DNA from: Octopus vulgaris
Taxonomy: Eukaryota
Length of the DNA stretch: 64,000 bases
Direction of reading: 5' to 3'
Assembly: GCA_951406725.2 (NCBI GenBank)
Contig: OX597830.1
Span: forward strand, 40,300,001-40,364,000
Positions 1-13,303 of the stretch are shown here, in pieces. Made by a program: the position numbers and the translations under genes. Every line of letters starts with the position of its first letter. The first letter of the stretch is position 1. The notes beneath the pieces are model-generated. The model did not search any database. It worked only from the letters and a program-made list of their open reading frames with translations, and had not been told where the DNA came from.

Positions 1-657
1 GTCGAAACACACACATACACATCTATATCAGGAACCGATCTCAAATATAGTCATAAATAAATTGCGGTGGCATTGGCGTTTCTCTATTATACATACACGT
101 GTATGTATGTATGTATGTAACTAAAATTTTTTGCCGTCTACTTTGATTAACTTCATTTGCAACGGTTGTCATTCACCACCTCCTCAGATTAAGTTTCAAT
201 GTCCGTTTTTGTAACTACACCACTATACATACATACATACATACATACATACATACATACATACATACATACATACATACATACATACATACAAACATGC
301 ATACATGCATCCATACATACATACATACATACATACATCATACATACATACAGGTATGCATGCATGTATATATAATACACACACACACACATATATATGT
401 TGTATATATGTGTGTGTGTCTGTACACGCACAAGCTTACCAACAAACAAAGGAGAGAGAGATAAGCAATGAATGCCTAGTATTAATGAGATTGCCATTTA
501 TTGATAACTTATACACAGAAGCAATTGTTGTCGGTGATTGCTCATAGAAAAGCGGGTTGCAGGAACATAATATTACCTGTTACCTTCCAATCAATTATTC
601 AGAAATTAGACACCTCTTCATATCATCTGACAATTTTCATTTTCAAAACCCGTTCTC

Positions 658-770
<113 letters not shown>

Positions 771-1625
771 TATCTGAACTTTATCATGATGTATTTATGG
801 TTTCACTTTTATGGATGAATATTAAGCAATAAAGTTAATCTTTGTACCTAAGAACATCTCGTAAAATAAATCTTGTTTTCTTACACTCAACTCAGAGCCA
901 CCAAACTGCGATTGTTTTCCCATATTTTTATCAAATTTCTTTTTCATTCTTCTTCTTCTTCAGGATTTAGCAGAGAGAGAATTAATTTTGTGATGTCTTC
1001 ACATACACAAACACACACACACACACTGAAATCTTTTTGGTTTCGTTTTAAATCCTTTGTATCTTAGCCCTCTTACTTTGGTTTTCATCATACGACCATT
1101 CTTTAATCCGGCACTTTTGATTATAGTTTTTTTTAAATATTTTTTAAAGCTTTTCCTTCCTTTTCTTTAATCACTTGCCGTCTGTATGTCTCTTTGTTAA
1201 TGGAATTCCATCGCTTTGCTTATAATTCCCTGTTTTACAATATAAACCTATTATCTCCTAAAAGGCCTCGTGATGAAAACGGAACTTGCTAAGAGTAGCA
1301 TCATTAAGCGCAACCAGAAATAAGAGCCTTCTGGGTATAAACTTCAAAAATTGTGATGACCAAGTGAATAAATTGCTTACATATTCCATGACTCATTGGT
1401 GAAGTTTTCAAACCCTGCTCCGAACGTTTGATGGTTCTCTTGTCTAAAGTACCCCGTTTTTACGTGTCCCAGTCAATCAGGCCCAGTAACGAAACAGTGA
1501 GTGGATGGATGAAGTAAAACTATTTATTGAATAATCTTTATAGATATATCTTCACCATTATAGAACGGTTGTTGATTGGAAAATGTATTCAATTCACAAA
1601 TCTTTATTTGACGATCCTTCTATAT

Positions 1626-1857
1626 TGGTGCGGCGAGCTGGCAGAAACGTTAGCACGCCGGGCGAAATGCTTAGCGGTATTTCGTCTGCGTTACGTTGTG
1701 AGTTCAAATTCCGCCGAGGTCGACTTTGCCTTTCATCCTTTCGGGGTCGATAAATTAAGTACCAGTTACGCACTGGGGTCGATGTAATCGACTTAATACC
1801 TATGTCTGTCCTTGTTTGTCCCCTCTGTGTTTAGCCCCTTGTGGGTAATAAAGAAAT
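1626..1857 (+). mobile_element. tRNA-derived SINE family 1 (Meta/MESC-like central domain), CpG-intact copy
   Basis: Head GAGCTGGCAGAA...GAGTTCAAATTCC and body GTCGACTTTGCCTTTCATCCTTTCGGGGTCGATAAATTAAGTACC. More than 20 copies in the window (e.g. 4405-4620, 9107-9328, 15820-16025, 16282-16498, 40915-41095, 43557-43770, 48180-48960, 55470-55700, 58793-59020). Confidence 0.88.
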
Positions 1858-4264
1858 AGGTATGAGGAGACAACGTAATTCACCCTTCTTTTCAGCCTCT
1901 TTGTGAGGAAAGGTTGTGTGGGTGAATGACGTTGTGTACCAATATCGAAGGATTGTCTTTTATTCTCGGAATGTAACATGTATGAAGTGCTTTTTGATAA
2001 CACTCTACAAAGAAATTAATAAGAACTGACGACAGCCTTTCTTTTCTTCAAATTCCTTGAAATGGTCGTTCTAATTTAGTTACAAATTTAATGAGAAAAT
2101 GTGATACCATAGATAAACTAATTAAGGATCTTAAATTTGCAAAATACATCAAAATTACCTTTTTTCTTTTTTTGAAAATTTTTGGATGAAAATTTGAAAT
2201 ACTGGAATCAGTTTGATAAAATTGAACATCATCATCATCTTCCTCATCATCATCCTTTTATGTCTGTTTTCATTGGTGACATAATGTCCCTAAATAATCT
2301 TTTCTGATATAGGCACAAGGCTTGAAATTTGGGGAAGAGAGCTAGTTGATTGCATCAACCCCAGTACTCAACTGGTACCTATTCATAAACCCTGAAAGAA
2401 TTAAAAGCAAAGTTGGCCTCAGCAGAATTTGAACTAAGAATGTAAAGATGGACTAAATGCCACCATGCATTTTGTTCAGTGTGCTAATGATTCTGCCAGC
2501 TTACCATTTTAACACTGTCCTTAAAGCAGTATATAGAAGTAATTATAATTTTTAGCAAGGCAGTTTTAGAAGATCAAGCAGAAGCATAACGGTATTGTCA
2601 AGAAGTTTGCATCACAAAACATATGGGTTCTGTTTGGTGCCTACTTCATGGAATTTAGATACCTTCTACTATAGCCTCAAACTGATTGATTCCTTTTGAG
2701 TGAAATTGGGACATGGAGACTGTATGGAAGCCTGTCTTACGTATGTTTGTCAGTAGTGCCAAGGGCAGCCATTGAGTCTGCCTCCTTTGCCCTCTATACA
2801 AGCTTGTACAACAGACCAAAATGTGCCACCTTCATAAAAGTGTCACCTAGGCCAGATGCTCCCCACCAGTGATGCTACATATATTTGTACGTCAGGTCAC
2901 TCTTAAGGCTATTGCTAACATGTAACCCAATACAACCCATCACATTGTTTTGGCCCTTGGTGCAGGATCAATCATATATTCATTCATATTTTAATCCCAA
3001 CAAAGACTTTTTTAATGTGTTTAAAATTTAAGTATTTAAGCCAGAAACATATTTGAATATTTTATTTCTAAGAAGACTCTCAACTCACTCTAAACACTCA
3101 ACTCCCTTCCATAGCAAATCTTGACACTTTTGGCTCACTTGTGGGCTTACAATGCAGCCAAGTGAACACTACTATTCATTTAAAAATACTACTGTAATGA
3201 GACAGGTGATACAATTGCCCAGCAAATAATAACTGGTTTGAGTCCATAGCAGGAAACCTTCAAATTTGAGCCTGGTATGTTAAATTTTGAAAATCAAAAC
3301 TGCTGGAAAATAATATCATATTTGGTAATATTGATAAAGTTAAGGTGGCAAGCTCACAGAATTGTTAGCACGCCAGGCAAAATAATCGGTGGAATTTCAT
3401 CCGTCTTTACATTCTGAGTTCTGAGTTGAAATATTAAATGAGCACTGGGCTTGATGTAATCAACTTACCAGCTCCCTGAAATTGCTGGCCTTGTGCCAAA
3501 ATTTGCAACCAAAATTGACCAGAGTTATTTTGGCTACATTGCTGAACATTTTTTATAACACCTATTTACATTTTGCCAGCCAATCATCTTTGATGTCAGT
3601 TTTTGATAGGCAGTGAAGAAAAAAAAAGTTTAATTTTTGTTCTTAAAAGCCTTATGGAACTCTTTAGAACCTTTAGCCAGGATTATAAAAGCTTTTGAGT
3701 TCAGCTCTCTAGAAAAACTTTATTATGGCCAGAGGGTATGTGTCTTTTGAACCACATTTAATCAGATTATTTTCATCCTCCAACTTTCTCACTAGGAGAC
3801 TTTTGTTTTAACTATCATCCACATCCTAAATTTATGAGATATTCTAGCTCACATCTTTTGATAAATTCATCATTTCTTGAGTTATACATACAATACGGAT
3901 ATAACAAATTGTACATGGTGTATATCAAAAATGCTTAGTGTTATTAATAAGCATTATTGAAAATAATTCTTTTTCTTATTAATTATTCAACATGGTAAAC
4001 ATAGCCACAAGTCTCATGAGTCTGTTCTTTTGTACTTCAAGTTGCTATTTATAATGTTTAATATCACATTTTCATGTGATATTAAGCATTATCATATTTT
4101 TATATTTATGTCTAAAATATGTTTTCTACCATGGAAACATTTGATGACAAGACTATTTTATATGTTTGAAAAACATATAAATATATTTTCACATACAAAA
4201 CTTAGTTGAACTACTGTTATTATTATTATTATTATTTTTATTATTATTATTTTTATTATTATTA

Positions 4265-4339
<75 letters not shown>

Positions 4340-4372
4340 TTAAAAGTAAAGAATTATTATTATTATTATTAC

Positions 4373-4403
<31 letters not shown>

Positions 4404-4963
4404 GGAGGTGTTGAGCTGGCAGAATCGTTAGCGCACTGGATGAAATACTTACCAGTATTTCCCCTGTTATTACGTTCTGAGTTCAAATTCTGCCATAGTT
4501 GACTTAATCTTTTCTTTCAGGGTCGATAAATTAAGTACCAGTCAAGTACTAGAGTCAATGTGATCGATTGTCCCCAACCCCACAAAAATCCAGGCCTTGT
4601 GCCTATAATAGAAAGGATTATTATTATTTAGAAGGCGGTAAACTGGCAGAGTCAGTAGCATGCTGGACAAAATGCTTAGCAGTATTTTGTCTGAGTTCAA
4701 ATTCCATCAAGGTCAACTTCACATTATTATTATTATTGCAGATGGCAAGCTGGCAGAATTGTTAGCATGCCAGGCAAAATGCTTAGTGGCATTTCGTCCA
4801 TCTTCACATTCTGATTTCAAATTCTGCCAAATCGATTTTGCCTGTCATCCTTTTGGGGTCAACAAATAAGTAACAGTTGAACACTGGGGTCAATGTAATT
4901 GACTAACTCCCTTCTCCAACATTGCTAGCCTTGTGCCAAAATCTAAAGCCAATATTATTATGA

Positions 4964-5731
4964 TTATTACCTCTGCCTTAGCGAAGGTGGAGGTATTGTT
5001 TTCAATTGTGTTTGTTTGTTTGTCCATGGACAAGATATCTCAGGAACTCTCTTTACTCTTTTACTCTTTTACTTGTTTCAGTCATTTGACTGCGGCCATG
5101 CTGGAGCACCGCCTTTAGTCGAGTTAATCGACCCCAGGACTTATTCTTTGTAAGCCCAGTACTTATTCTATCGGTCTCTTTTGCCGAACCGCTAAGTGAC
5201 AGGGACGTAAACACACCAGCATCGGTTGTCAAGCAATGCTAGGGGGACAAACACAAACACACACACATATATATATATACATATATATGACAGGCTTCTT
5301 TCAGTTTCCGTCTACCAAATCCACTCACAAGGCATTGGTCGGCCTGGGGCTATAGTAGAAGACACTTGCCCAAGATGCTACGCAGTGGGACTGAACCCGG
5401 AACCATTTGGTTGGTTAGCAAGCTACTTACCACACAGCCACTCCTGTTGGATGAATTCGAATGAAACTTTCAGGGATGTTTGGCCTCATGACTGACATAA
5501 ACTGATTAGATTCTGGCATCAATATGGTACCAGACAAGGATTCTGGATTATTTTTCCAGTTTTTTTTACTTAATTTTTGAGAACAGTCAGGTTCATTTTT
5601 AGTATTCTCATTTGTGAGAGCAGTTGAGTTTATTTCAGAAATTCTCATTTTAAAAATTGTCTCTGGCTAATCATTGAAACGATGTTGGTGTTGCCTTGGA
5701 GGAGGTTTATGCTCTCTGAGTGCTCTTGTTT
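4964..5731 (+). mobile_element. Helentron-associated non-autonomous element (HINE/DINE-1-like), split by a SINE
   Basis: 5' ACCTCTGCC/GGTGGAGGT hairpin, (GTTT)n, 3' subterminal GGAGGAGGT, a small GCTC-tct-GAGT stem-loop and a T-rich end. A SINE is inserted at 5048-5445. Confidence 0.6.
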
Positions 5732-6241
5732 ATTATTAAGGCTGGAAGCTGGCAGAATTGTTAGCATACCAGAAAAAATGCTAAGCAGTATTTCTTCTGG
5801 TTTTTGAGTTCAATCCCACTAAGGCCAACTTATGTTTCATCCCTTTGGGGTCAATAAAATAAGTACCAACCAAGCACTTGAGGGTCAATGTAATCAACTA
5901 GCCCCCTCCTCCAAAATGTCAGGCCTTGTGCCTGTAGCAGAAAGAATTGTTATTTTCATTGTCATCAAAGCAGCAAGCTGGCAGAATCTTCAGTACATCA
6001 GACAAAATGCTTATTGGCACATCTTCCAATTCTCTACATACTGAGTTCAAATCCTGCTGAGGTCAACTTTGATTTTCATTCTTTAAGGGTAAATTAAGTA
6101 CCAGTCAGGTACTCGGGTTGATGTAATCAATTAACCCCTACCTCTAAAATTGCTGACTTTGTACCAAAATTTGAAACAATTATTATTATGGATGTTGTTG
6201 CTTCAGAAATCCAGTCTTATGCTGATTATGTTGAAAGTAAA

Positions 6242-6562
6242 AGCATGTGGCTTAATGGTTAGAGCATTCGGCTAACAACCTTACAGTCATGAGTTCAATT
6301 CCTGGTGACACATTGTGTCCTTGAGCAAGACACTTTACTTCACATTGCTCCAATCCACTCATCTGGCAAAACGAGGAGTACTTGAAATTCAAAAGGGGCC
6401 AGCCATGTCACATCCTGTGTTACATTAGATCTCTCTGAGAACTACAGTAAGGGCACACATGTCTGTGGGGTGCTCAGCCTCTTTGCACATTAATTTCCCA
6501 AGAAGGTTGTTCCATTGATCAAATCAACAGGAACATTTGTCATCGTAACAGACAGAGTGCCA
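6242..6562 (+). mobile_element. tRNA-derived SINE family 3
   Basis: GTGGCTTAATGGTTAG A-box, GAGTTCAATTCC B-box, GTGTCCTTGAGCAAGACACT body. Further copies at ~59415-59720 and ~42870-43050. Confidence 0.8.
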
Positions 6563-7492
6563 GCTTATGTCAAGAGACAAATATTAATATCTCACAGATT
6601 TTCTTTCTTCCCTTATATTCCAAGAACCCTTTTCAGAGTCCAAACCATTCCTAATTGTACAGTCTTTCAACACTTCTGTTGCTTAATTTCTACTGAAATG
6701 CACTGATTTTATTACAATTTATTTTGAAAACAATGAAGAATTTAAAAAAATAAATATCATCAAGTTTATGTTTGAAAAATAAATCAACACAAAATTTTCA
6801 TAGAATGTTTTAATTTTGATCACTTTAACACATTTGTTACCTGTTAAAATATGTTACCTTTATTTCAAATAATTTTGAAAAGAATATAAAACTTAGTAAG
6901 ATAACATAGCTGTAATTAAGTTTAAATATATAGAACATTAATTTATAAAAGACTTTGATGGAAGGTTTTAAGATCACTTTAAAACAAGAAGGTTATGTCA
7001 TTGAACCAAGGGTGTTCTCGGGTGGTTTGGTATAAAAAGGATTAAAGCATGAAAGTCATATCATAGAACCATGGTTGTCTCAGACAGGCAGGCAGGAACG
7101 TAGGTAGGTGGGCTGGTATTGAAATATTCTCCAAGAGTCTCAATTTCAAGTCTTGCAATTCATGTTTTTATTTTTGCTGTTATTATCTCCAAGACACCCA
7201 CAACCACAGGCATGACTTCAACCTTTTGATCTCGTATCCTATGGTAGAGGGCTTCTTGGAGGACAAGTCTGCTGCTGTTGCTGCTGCTGCCTTGCAATAA
7301 ATAGGGCTGGTGGGGGGAATCTTTTCATTGAAATTGATCAAAATAGATATTGTTGCTGTTCTGGATCCTTATTTTCCATGGTATTGTTTGTGCTGTTTTT
7401 TAAAATTTTTTTTATTGTTATTGTTGTTGCTTTGGTGACAGTGGGGTGGAGATGGTAGCTGCTGCTGCAGTGTTACTCTTGTCATCTTGCAG

Positions 7493-7535
7493 TGACGTCA
7501 GTGTAAAAGTAGAATATGACATCGTAATGACGTCA
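7493..7535. promoter_or_regulatory. Two perfect CRE octamers (TGACGTCA)
   Basis: TGACGTCA at 7493-7500 and 7528-7535 in non-repetitive sequence. Function is not shown. Confidence 0.3.
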
Positions 7536-7653
7536 ATGTCTTTTGTTGTCATAGTGATTGCATCACTGCTTGCATTCAAATTGGACAATTCCAGATGCTT
7601 GCTTTCGTCTCTTCTCGCTATGAATATTGATTGATTTATTTTTGCCTTTTTAT

Positions 7654-7706
<53 letters not shown>

Positions 7707-8053
7707 GATGATAATAATAATAGTAATAATAATAATAATAATAACAATGACGATGATGATGACGATGACGATGATGATGATGATGGCGATGGTGATAAAT
7801 ATCATTTAGAAAATTGCAGATTTTTTTGACAGAAATATTTTCTTGTGGGGTTTCTTAACAGAGAATCTGCACTTTAATGCATATCAGTTTTTCAAAAAAG
7901 AATCGAATGTAACTCTTTTAGGACAAAAACAACAGGAAATATGTAAAACATATGATGACACAAAATTCTGTAGAGTTCAGAGCTAATAATAATAATAATA
8001 ATTTATTCTTTCATTATCCAAATACAAAAATAAATATAATAATAATAATAATA

Positions 8054-8615
8054 AATGCCCTGATGCAGTACCAGGCAGTGGCTCTCATGGCTTCTGATCT
8101 TAACTGATTGGAAGTGTTATCATGTACATAGTTTTGTCGTGGTATAACAGATGGGCTACAGCAAATATTCTACTCAATACCACAAATTTACTTGTCAGTT
8201 ATTTGACCTTAACCAGTTGAGCATGTCCCTTGGTGGTTGACGATATGTGCATCTCTGATCACGATCAGAAGTAGTGGAGGAGCATCATAGCCATGTGTTG
8301 AGAAGAATTCTTTGGGGTTTGAATTATTCACTTCTGGAAACATTTGTGTTTCAATCAACATCCTTAAAGAACCCCTATTCAGGGTCCCTTTTGAGTGGGA
8401 TGGGGGACTCAACCTGAAGAAAATTCTAACTGGGCTCCACCTGCAAGGTCATGCACTGTTTATCTCGATAAGAGATCCCCATATCACACACACACATATG
8501 GTGGTGATGCATGTGCCTGGTGTACCCTTATCAGACGGGTAGTCATGATGGGTATACTGGGCTTCATATATTTTATCCCAGTGTCCCTTTGATGGCATGC
8601 ACTGCTCTCTCAGTC
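8054..8615. mobile_element. Interspersed repeat fragment embedded in (TAA)n, possibly R4/Dong-related
   Basis: A ~560-bp GC-richer block with (TAA)n on both sides and no intact ORF. Family assignment is tentative. Confidence 0.3.
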
Positions 8616-8621
8616 AATAAC

Positions 8622-8670
<49 letters not shown>

Positions 8671-8681
8671 TCTGGTTTATT

Positions 8682-8881
8682 GGCCACAAGGGCTAATATA
8701 AAGTCAAAAACATTAAAGGACAAACACAGGACGATAAAAACAAAGTGCTTTGCAAAAGGAAAGGTCTGTGTAAACATTAGATAACAGCAAAAATATAACA
8801 AGTAAGAAGAACTCCCAATAGGGGGAGGCACTTTGAAAGGTTACTCATGGAAAAACCCATAAAAACCAAAGGTGCCTGGTC
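8682..8881 (-). mobile_element. 3' UTR fragment of an L1/Tx1-like LINE
   Basis: Minus strand is T-rich and ends ...GTCCTGTGTTTGTCC...TAGCCCTTGTGGCCAATAAACCAGA, running into (TTA)n. Confidence 0.4.
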
Positions 8882-9332
8882 AATAATAATGGTTTCTAAT
8901 TTTGGCACAAAACCAGCAATTTTGAGGGAAGGGAGCAAGTCAGTTTCATCAACCCTAGTAATTAATGGGTGATTTATTTTATTGACCCCGTAAGAATAAA
9001 AGTCAAAGTTGATTGTGGTGGGATTTGAACTCAGAAATACTGCTAAGCATTTTTATCTGACACTCTAAATACTCTGCCAGTTCATCACCTTACAATAATA
9101 ATAATAATCCTTTCTACAATAGGCACAAGGCCTGAAATTTGGTGGGTGGGGACTAGTTGATTACATCGACCCCAATGTTTCACTGGTACTTAATTTATTG
9201 ACCCCCACCCCCCCAACGATGAAAATCAAAATCAACCTCGGCAGAATTTGAACTCAGAAAACAAAGACAGATGAAATGCTTAACAGCATTTCACCCAGTG
9301 TGCTAACGATTCTGTCAACTCACCGCCTTTAC

Positions 9333-9383
<51 letters not shown>

Positions 9384-10259
9384 TATAATAATAACTAGCT
9401 GGATCCGTGAAAAATTCACGGAAAACATTTTAAAAAATGTAAGCATCTGTAAACAGCATACAGGTGCCATGAGAAATGTTGGCATATTATGACCATGTGT
9501 CTTTACGTTCTGAGCTCAAAATCTGCCGAGGTCAACTTTACCTTTCATCTTTTGGGGTCGATAAATTAAGTACCAGTTGTGTACTAGGGTTGATTTAATC
9601 AACTGGCACCCTCCCCACAAAAAATTCAGGCCAAGAAAAGTATATTGTAAGTTACAAAATATAGCAAGTAATGTAACACCAATGACTATATAATCCAACC
9701 AAAATATCTCAGTTACACAAACGTAGACAGAATTACTATTTAACCTAGGTGTCTTCATCCCCCAAAAGTAATTTCAACCCCTCAGAATTTAGACCTCCTT
9801 GGAATTTTGGCTCTCTTGGTATTTTCGCTCCCTAAATATTTTCGCACCCTAGGTATTTTTGCTCCCATCTTTATCTGCTAGGCCTTGAGACTTTCACCCC
9901 ACTCCTCAAGCATTTCACCCCTCTCTTAGCGCATTTCACCACCACCTTGAGATATTCACCCTCTCCTAGAACATTTCACCCCCTCTTCGGCTATTTCATC
10001 ACTTCCTCAGGCTTTTCCAGGAAGTCCTACTCAACCCCCTCCTCGGATTCAGTCCCACTCACCACTCCCTAATGCCAACCATTCCAAGAGTGTAATGGAT
10101 GCATTTTACGTGCCACCAACATGGGTGCCATTTATATGACACCAGCAATGGCCACAATCACGATTTCACAGACATCATTTACATGACACTGGCAATGGCC
10201 ACAACTGCCATTTCACTTGGCTTGAGAAGTCTCCTCAAGCACCAATGGTCTCAGTTGCT

Positions 10260-11220
10260 TGTTGTCGTATCCATGAAACCCAACATGTAAAAAGTGGTTA
10301 TAACACAAAATTTTGACAAAGAAAGCAACAACAATAGCTTTGTTATAGCTGTGATACAGAGAAGCACTGAACATGAGGTTGATCCTGGGAAAGAAAAAAA
10401 TGGAAAAGTATCCCAAAAGACCTTGCCATCTTGTCTGATTTCATCAAAGAAAGAACAGAGAAAAGTAATATAGGACTGTTTTTCCAAACATGAAGGGGTT
10501 TTTCATATGCTCTCAAATGAACAATAAATATCGGTAAACTCATATCGGTAAACTCATATCGGTAAACTCATATCGGTAAACTCATATCGGTAAACTCATA
10601 TCGGTAAACTCATATCGGTTCTGAAGAAACTGCTGATAATCAGTAACGCCATTGTGACTTAGATACCAAGAATTGTTGTTTTGAAAAACTTTGGAAAAGT
10701 ATGCCATATCAACAGTTGTGAAATACATAACTGAAATTAGTCAGAGTACTAATCAGGAAGGAATGCAGAGAATGATACAAAATATTAGATTTGGAATTAC
10801 TACAATCTTGACCTCTATTGTTTGGTGCATTAGCTTTCAAAAGAAAAAAATTCTTAGATTTGGTATTGGAAAACAGTGTTCATAATTTTCCGGAAGAGAG
10901 GGGAAAAAAATGAACTGCCTGGAGAAAGAACCTTTTGATGTAATAACAAATGGCTATTTGATTTAATATTTTTAGTTGATATAACCAGTTATCTCATAGA
11001 TCTAAAATCTAAAACTGCAGGGCAAGAATAAATTGTTCTTATTAAATATTATTGATGCATTCAAGATGAAATTAAAACTACTCGTCTTTCAGCTAGAAAA
11101 TGAAAGTTTGAACCAGATACTGCCTTTAAAAGAAGAGCAAAGTGAGTGTGGAGAGGTTAATGGCACTCTTACAAAATATGCTGAAAAAATTTGATTATTG
11201 GAAGTCGTTTTCATGATTAC
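10260..11220 (+). pseudogene. Decayed hAT transposase (Charlie/SPIN/GTF2IRD2-like)
   Basis: Translated fragments: SMKPNM, NNKWLFDLIFLVDITSYL, then a frameshift to NLKLQGKNKL, and IDAFKMKLKLLVFQLENE. These resemble the hAT motifs WL.DLAFL.DI..HLN.LN..LQG and AFK.KL.L...QL. Confidence 0.7.
10528..10619. repeat. Perfect 14-bp tandem repeat (ATATCGGTAAACTC), ~6.6 copies
   Basis: Six identical units plus a partial unit, read directly from the sequence. Confidence 0.95.
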
Positions 11221-11308
11221 GATAAAGAAGAATGTTGAATATTTATGAACTTATTTTTACTTAAAAAGCATATACAAATAATAATATAATATAACATAAT
11301 ATAATATA

Positions 11309-11368
<60 letters not shown>

Positions 11369-11588
11369 TAAATGATGGGTTTCTTTTCAGTTTCCAGCTA
11401 CCAAATTCACACACAAGGATTTGGTTGGCCCGATACTATAGTAGAAGGCTTTTGCCCATGTTACCATGCAGTGAGATTGGACCTAGAACTATGTGGTTCA
11501 GAAGCAAGCTTCTTACCACACAGCCACGCCTATGTATGTGTGTGTGTATATATATATGTATATATATGTATATATATATATATATGGA

Positions 11589-11710
11589 AGAATAAATAAA
11601 CTAAGACATTTAATAAATCAAGGGTATAGATATGGTAGATTAGTTAAAACGTTTAATTGATGTTTAGGTGGGAGACTGGAAATTTTAAATAAATATGGTG
11701 TTATATCCGG
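11589..11710 (+). pseudogene. Penelope-like (Naiad/Chlamys-type) RT C-terminal fragment
   Basis: Translates RINKLRHLINQGYRYGRLVKTFN*CLGGRLEILNKYGV, resembling the L..QGY....L...F.....R...L..KY C-terminal motif of these elements. One in-frame TGA at 11658-11660. Confidence 0.5.
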
Positions 11711-11764
11711 CCTTCCTCTTACTAAATATTTGGAAACGCCTGGACGTTTACAAGTCAGTCTAAC

Positions 11765-12200
11765 TTACTTTATTACCCATAAAAGGCTACACAGAAAAAG
11801 GACTTACAACACGTTGGGGACACATAACACATAAAAAAAAGTATATTATGAAATGAACGAAATGAAATATGAAAGTGGTGCTACCTGCCCCATCAGGCAA
11901 CACCACTTGATTCCCTTATCCTGTTCTCCAAAATGTCTACATGAGATTCTGTTGTTGGCCCTTGTAAAGCGCGGAATCTTCCACCTGCCTACATTAACCT
12001 TCCACAGTTCGTATTCCTCCTCAGGCCCTTCCATCTCCTTTATTTGCTGTTCCGATATCAACAATATCGTGTCACTCTCTGTCTCCCCACTCTCTCTACA
12101 CACAAAATCTACTTCTTCCCATCCACTCACTTTTGAAAACAAGTCTTCGCTCTTTGTATAACAGGTATAACATAGAAGGTACGTGTTCGAATCACTGTGT
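11765..12200 (-). mobile_element. 3' fragment of an L1/Tx1-like LINE
   Basis: Decayed ORF end on the minus strand followed by the tail TGTGTAGCCTTTTATGGGTAATAAAG, similar to the tails at 8682-8720 and 1800-1857. Confidence 0.4.
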
Positions 12201-13303
12201 GTATGCGGGGGTTTTTTTGTGTGTGTGTTTTTACAAGTCACTTTAATTGCATACTACGTCACCAAAATTATGAAAAACAATTGAAAAAGTAATGAATTGC
12301 ACACTACGTCATCAATAGTTAAGACAGTCTTTAGAGAATTAAGTTGATTGAACTTTCTGGTTGCAGATGACATGTAAGTAGTAATATTTTATATTTTATA
12401 CTATCTTTTAAACCAGTTTTATATTTAGCTTTAATTGTAACAAGGTTTTTATAATAATTGTTAATTACAGGTATTCTTTTATTAGTTCCTATTTATAAGG
12501 GAATTTAATTATTATCTTTGAAGTTACTGATATAAGTTTAACATTAAAAAGGATAACGAATATTTAATATCTATGCAGTGTTTTAATTATTAACTTTTGG
12601 ATTATGAAATAGTGTAATTCACTCAGAGTTAGTTATATTATTTGTTAAGCTAAGTTCAATTGAGTTTGTTATGTTTTGGAAAGAATTGAATATAAAAGCT
12701 TTCACTTTTATATTAATAACTATAGAAAACTGGTGGGAATATTATCTGTATGGACCTCAAGGGCTAGGTTGCTATTTAGTTAGATAATTCAGGAGTTAGT
12801 TATAGGTTTACTTATTGAATTTATTTACCGATACTGTTTTTGTACATAGGGCAAATGTGCTTATTTGCTGTGGTTTAATTAATAATGTTAGTAATTAATC
12901 CGTCCTAGAATTAAGATTGAATGAATGTGGTGATATCTAAGGTATATTTGTTCCCAAACAACATTTATTTTAGTGCTGTTGACACCGCCGGATTGAATAG
13001 CACTGTCCAGGTGTCAAAACCATAGTGATATCCGTGGGGCAGCTGATGATGGAGATATGTTGGATGTTGGTATGGCTGTTATTGCATGTACGGAACAGTT
13101 TTATAACACATTCATTTGACATATATGTATATTTGTATTTATGCCTGTAATCTAAGGTGTATTCTGTTAGGTTGCTCACCCTTAGAATGACCAAATAGCC
13201 GGTAGTATTACATTATATTTTCAAGTCTAGGTGTTGGCATTCATCAGTTGGATGAGTTAGCATCAAAGTCAAAGGTTTACTAACAGGGACAGTGATTGTA
13301 TGT

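Noticed and set aside
944-993. Strong acceptor-like tract ending cttcag|GAT TTA GCA GAG AGA GAA TTA ATT TTG TGA (DLAERELIL*)
   Set aside because: Too short to recognise; the pyrimidine tract is a (TCT)n repeat and no partner exon was identified.
11658-11660. In-frame TGA in the PLE-like fragment as selenocysteine
   Set aside because: More simply explained by CGA to TGA decay; no SECIS motif identified downstream.
12330-12950. AT/T-rich block resembling a mitochondrial insertion (WWE..YGPQG, ND5-like)
   Set aside because: No sustained frame under the invertebrate mitochondrial code and no rRNA or tRNA landmarks.
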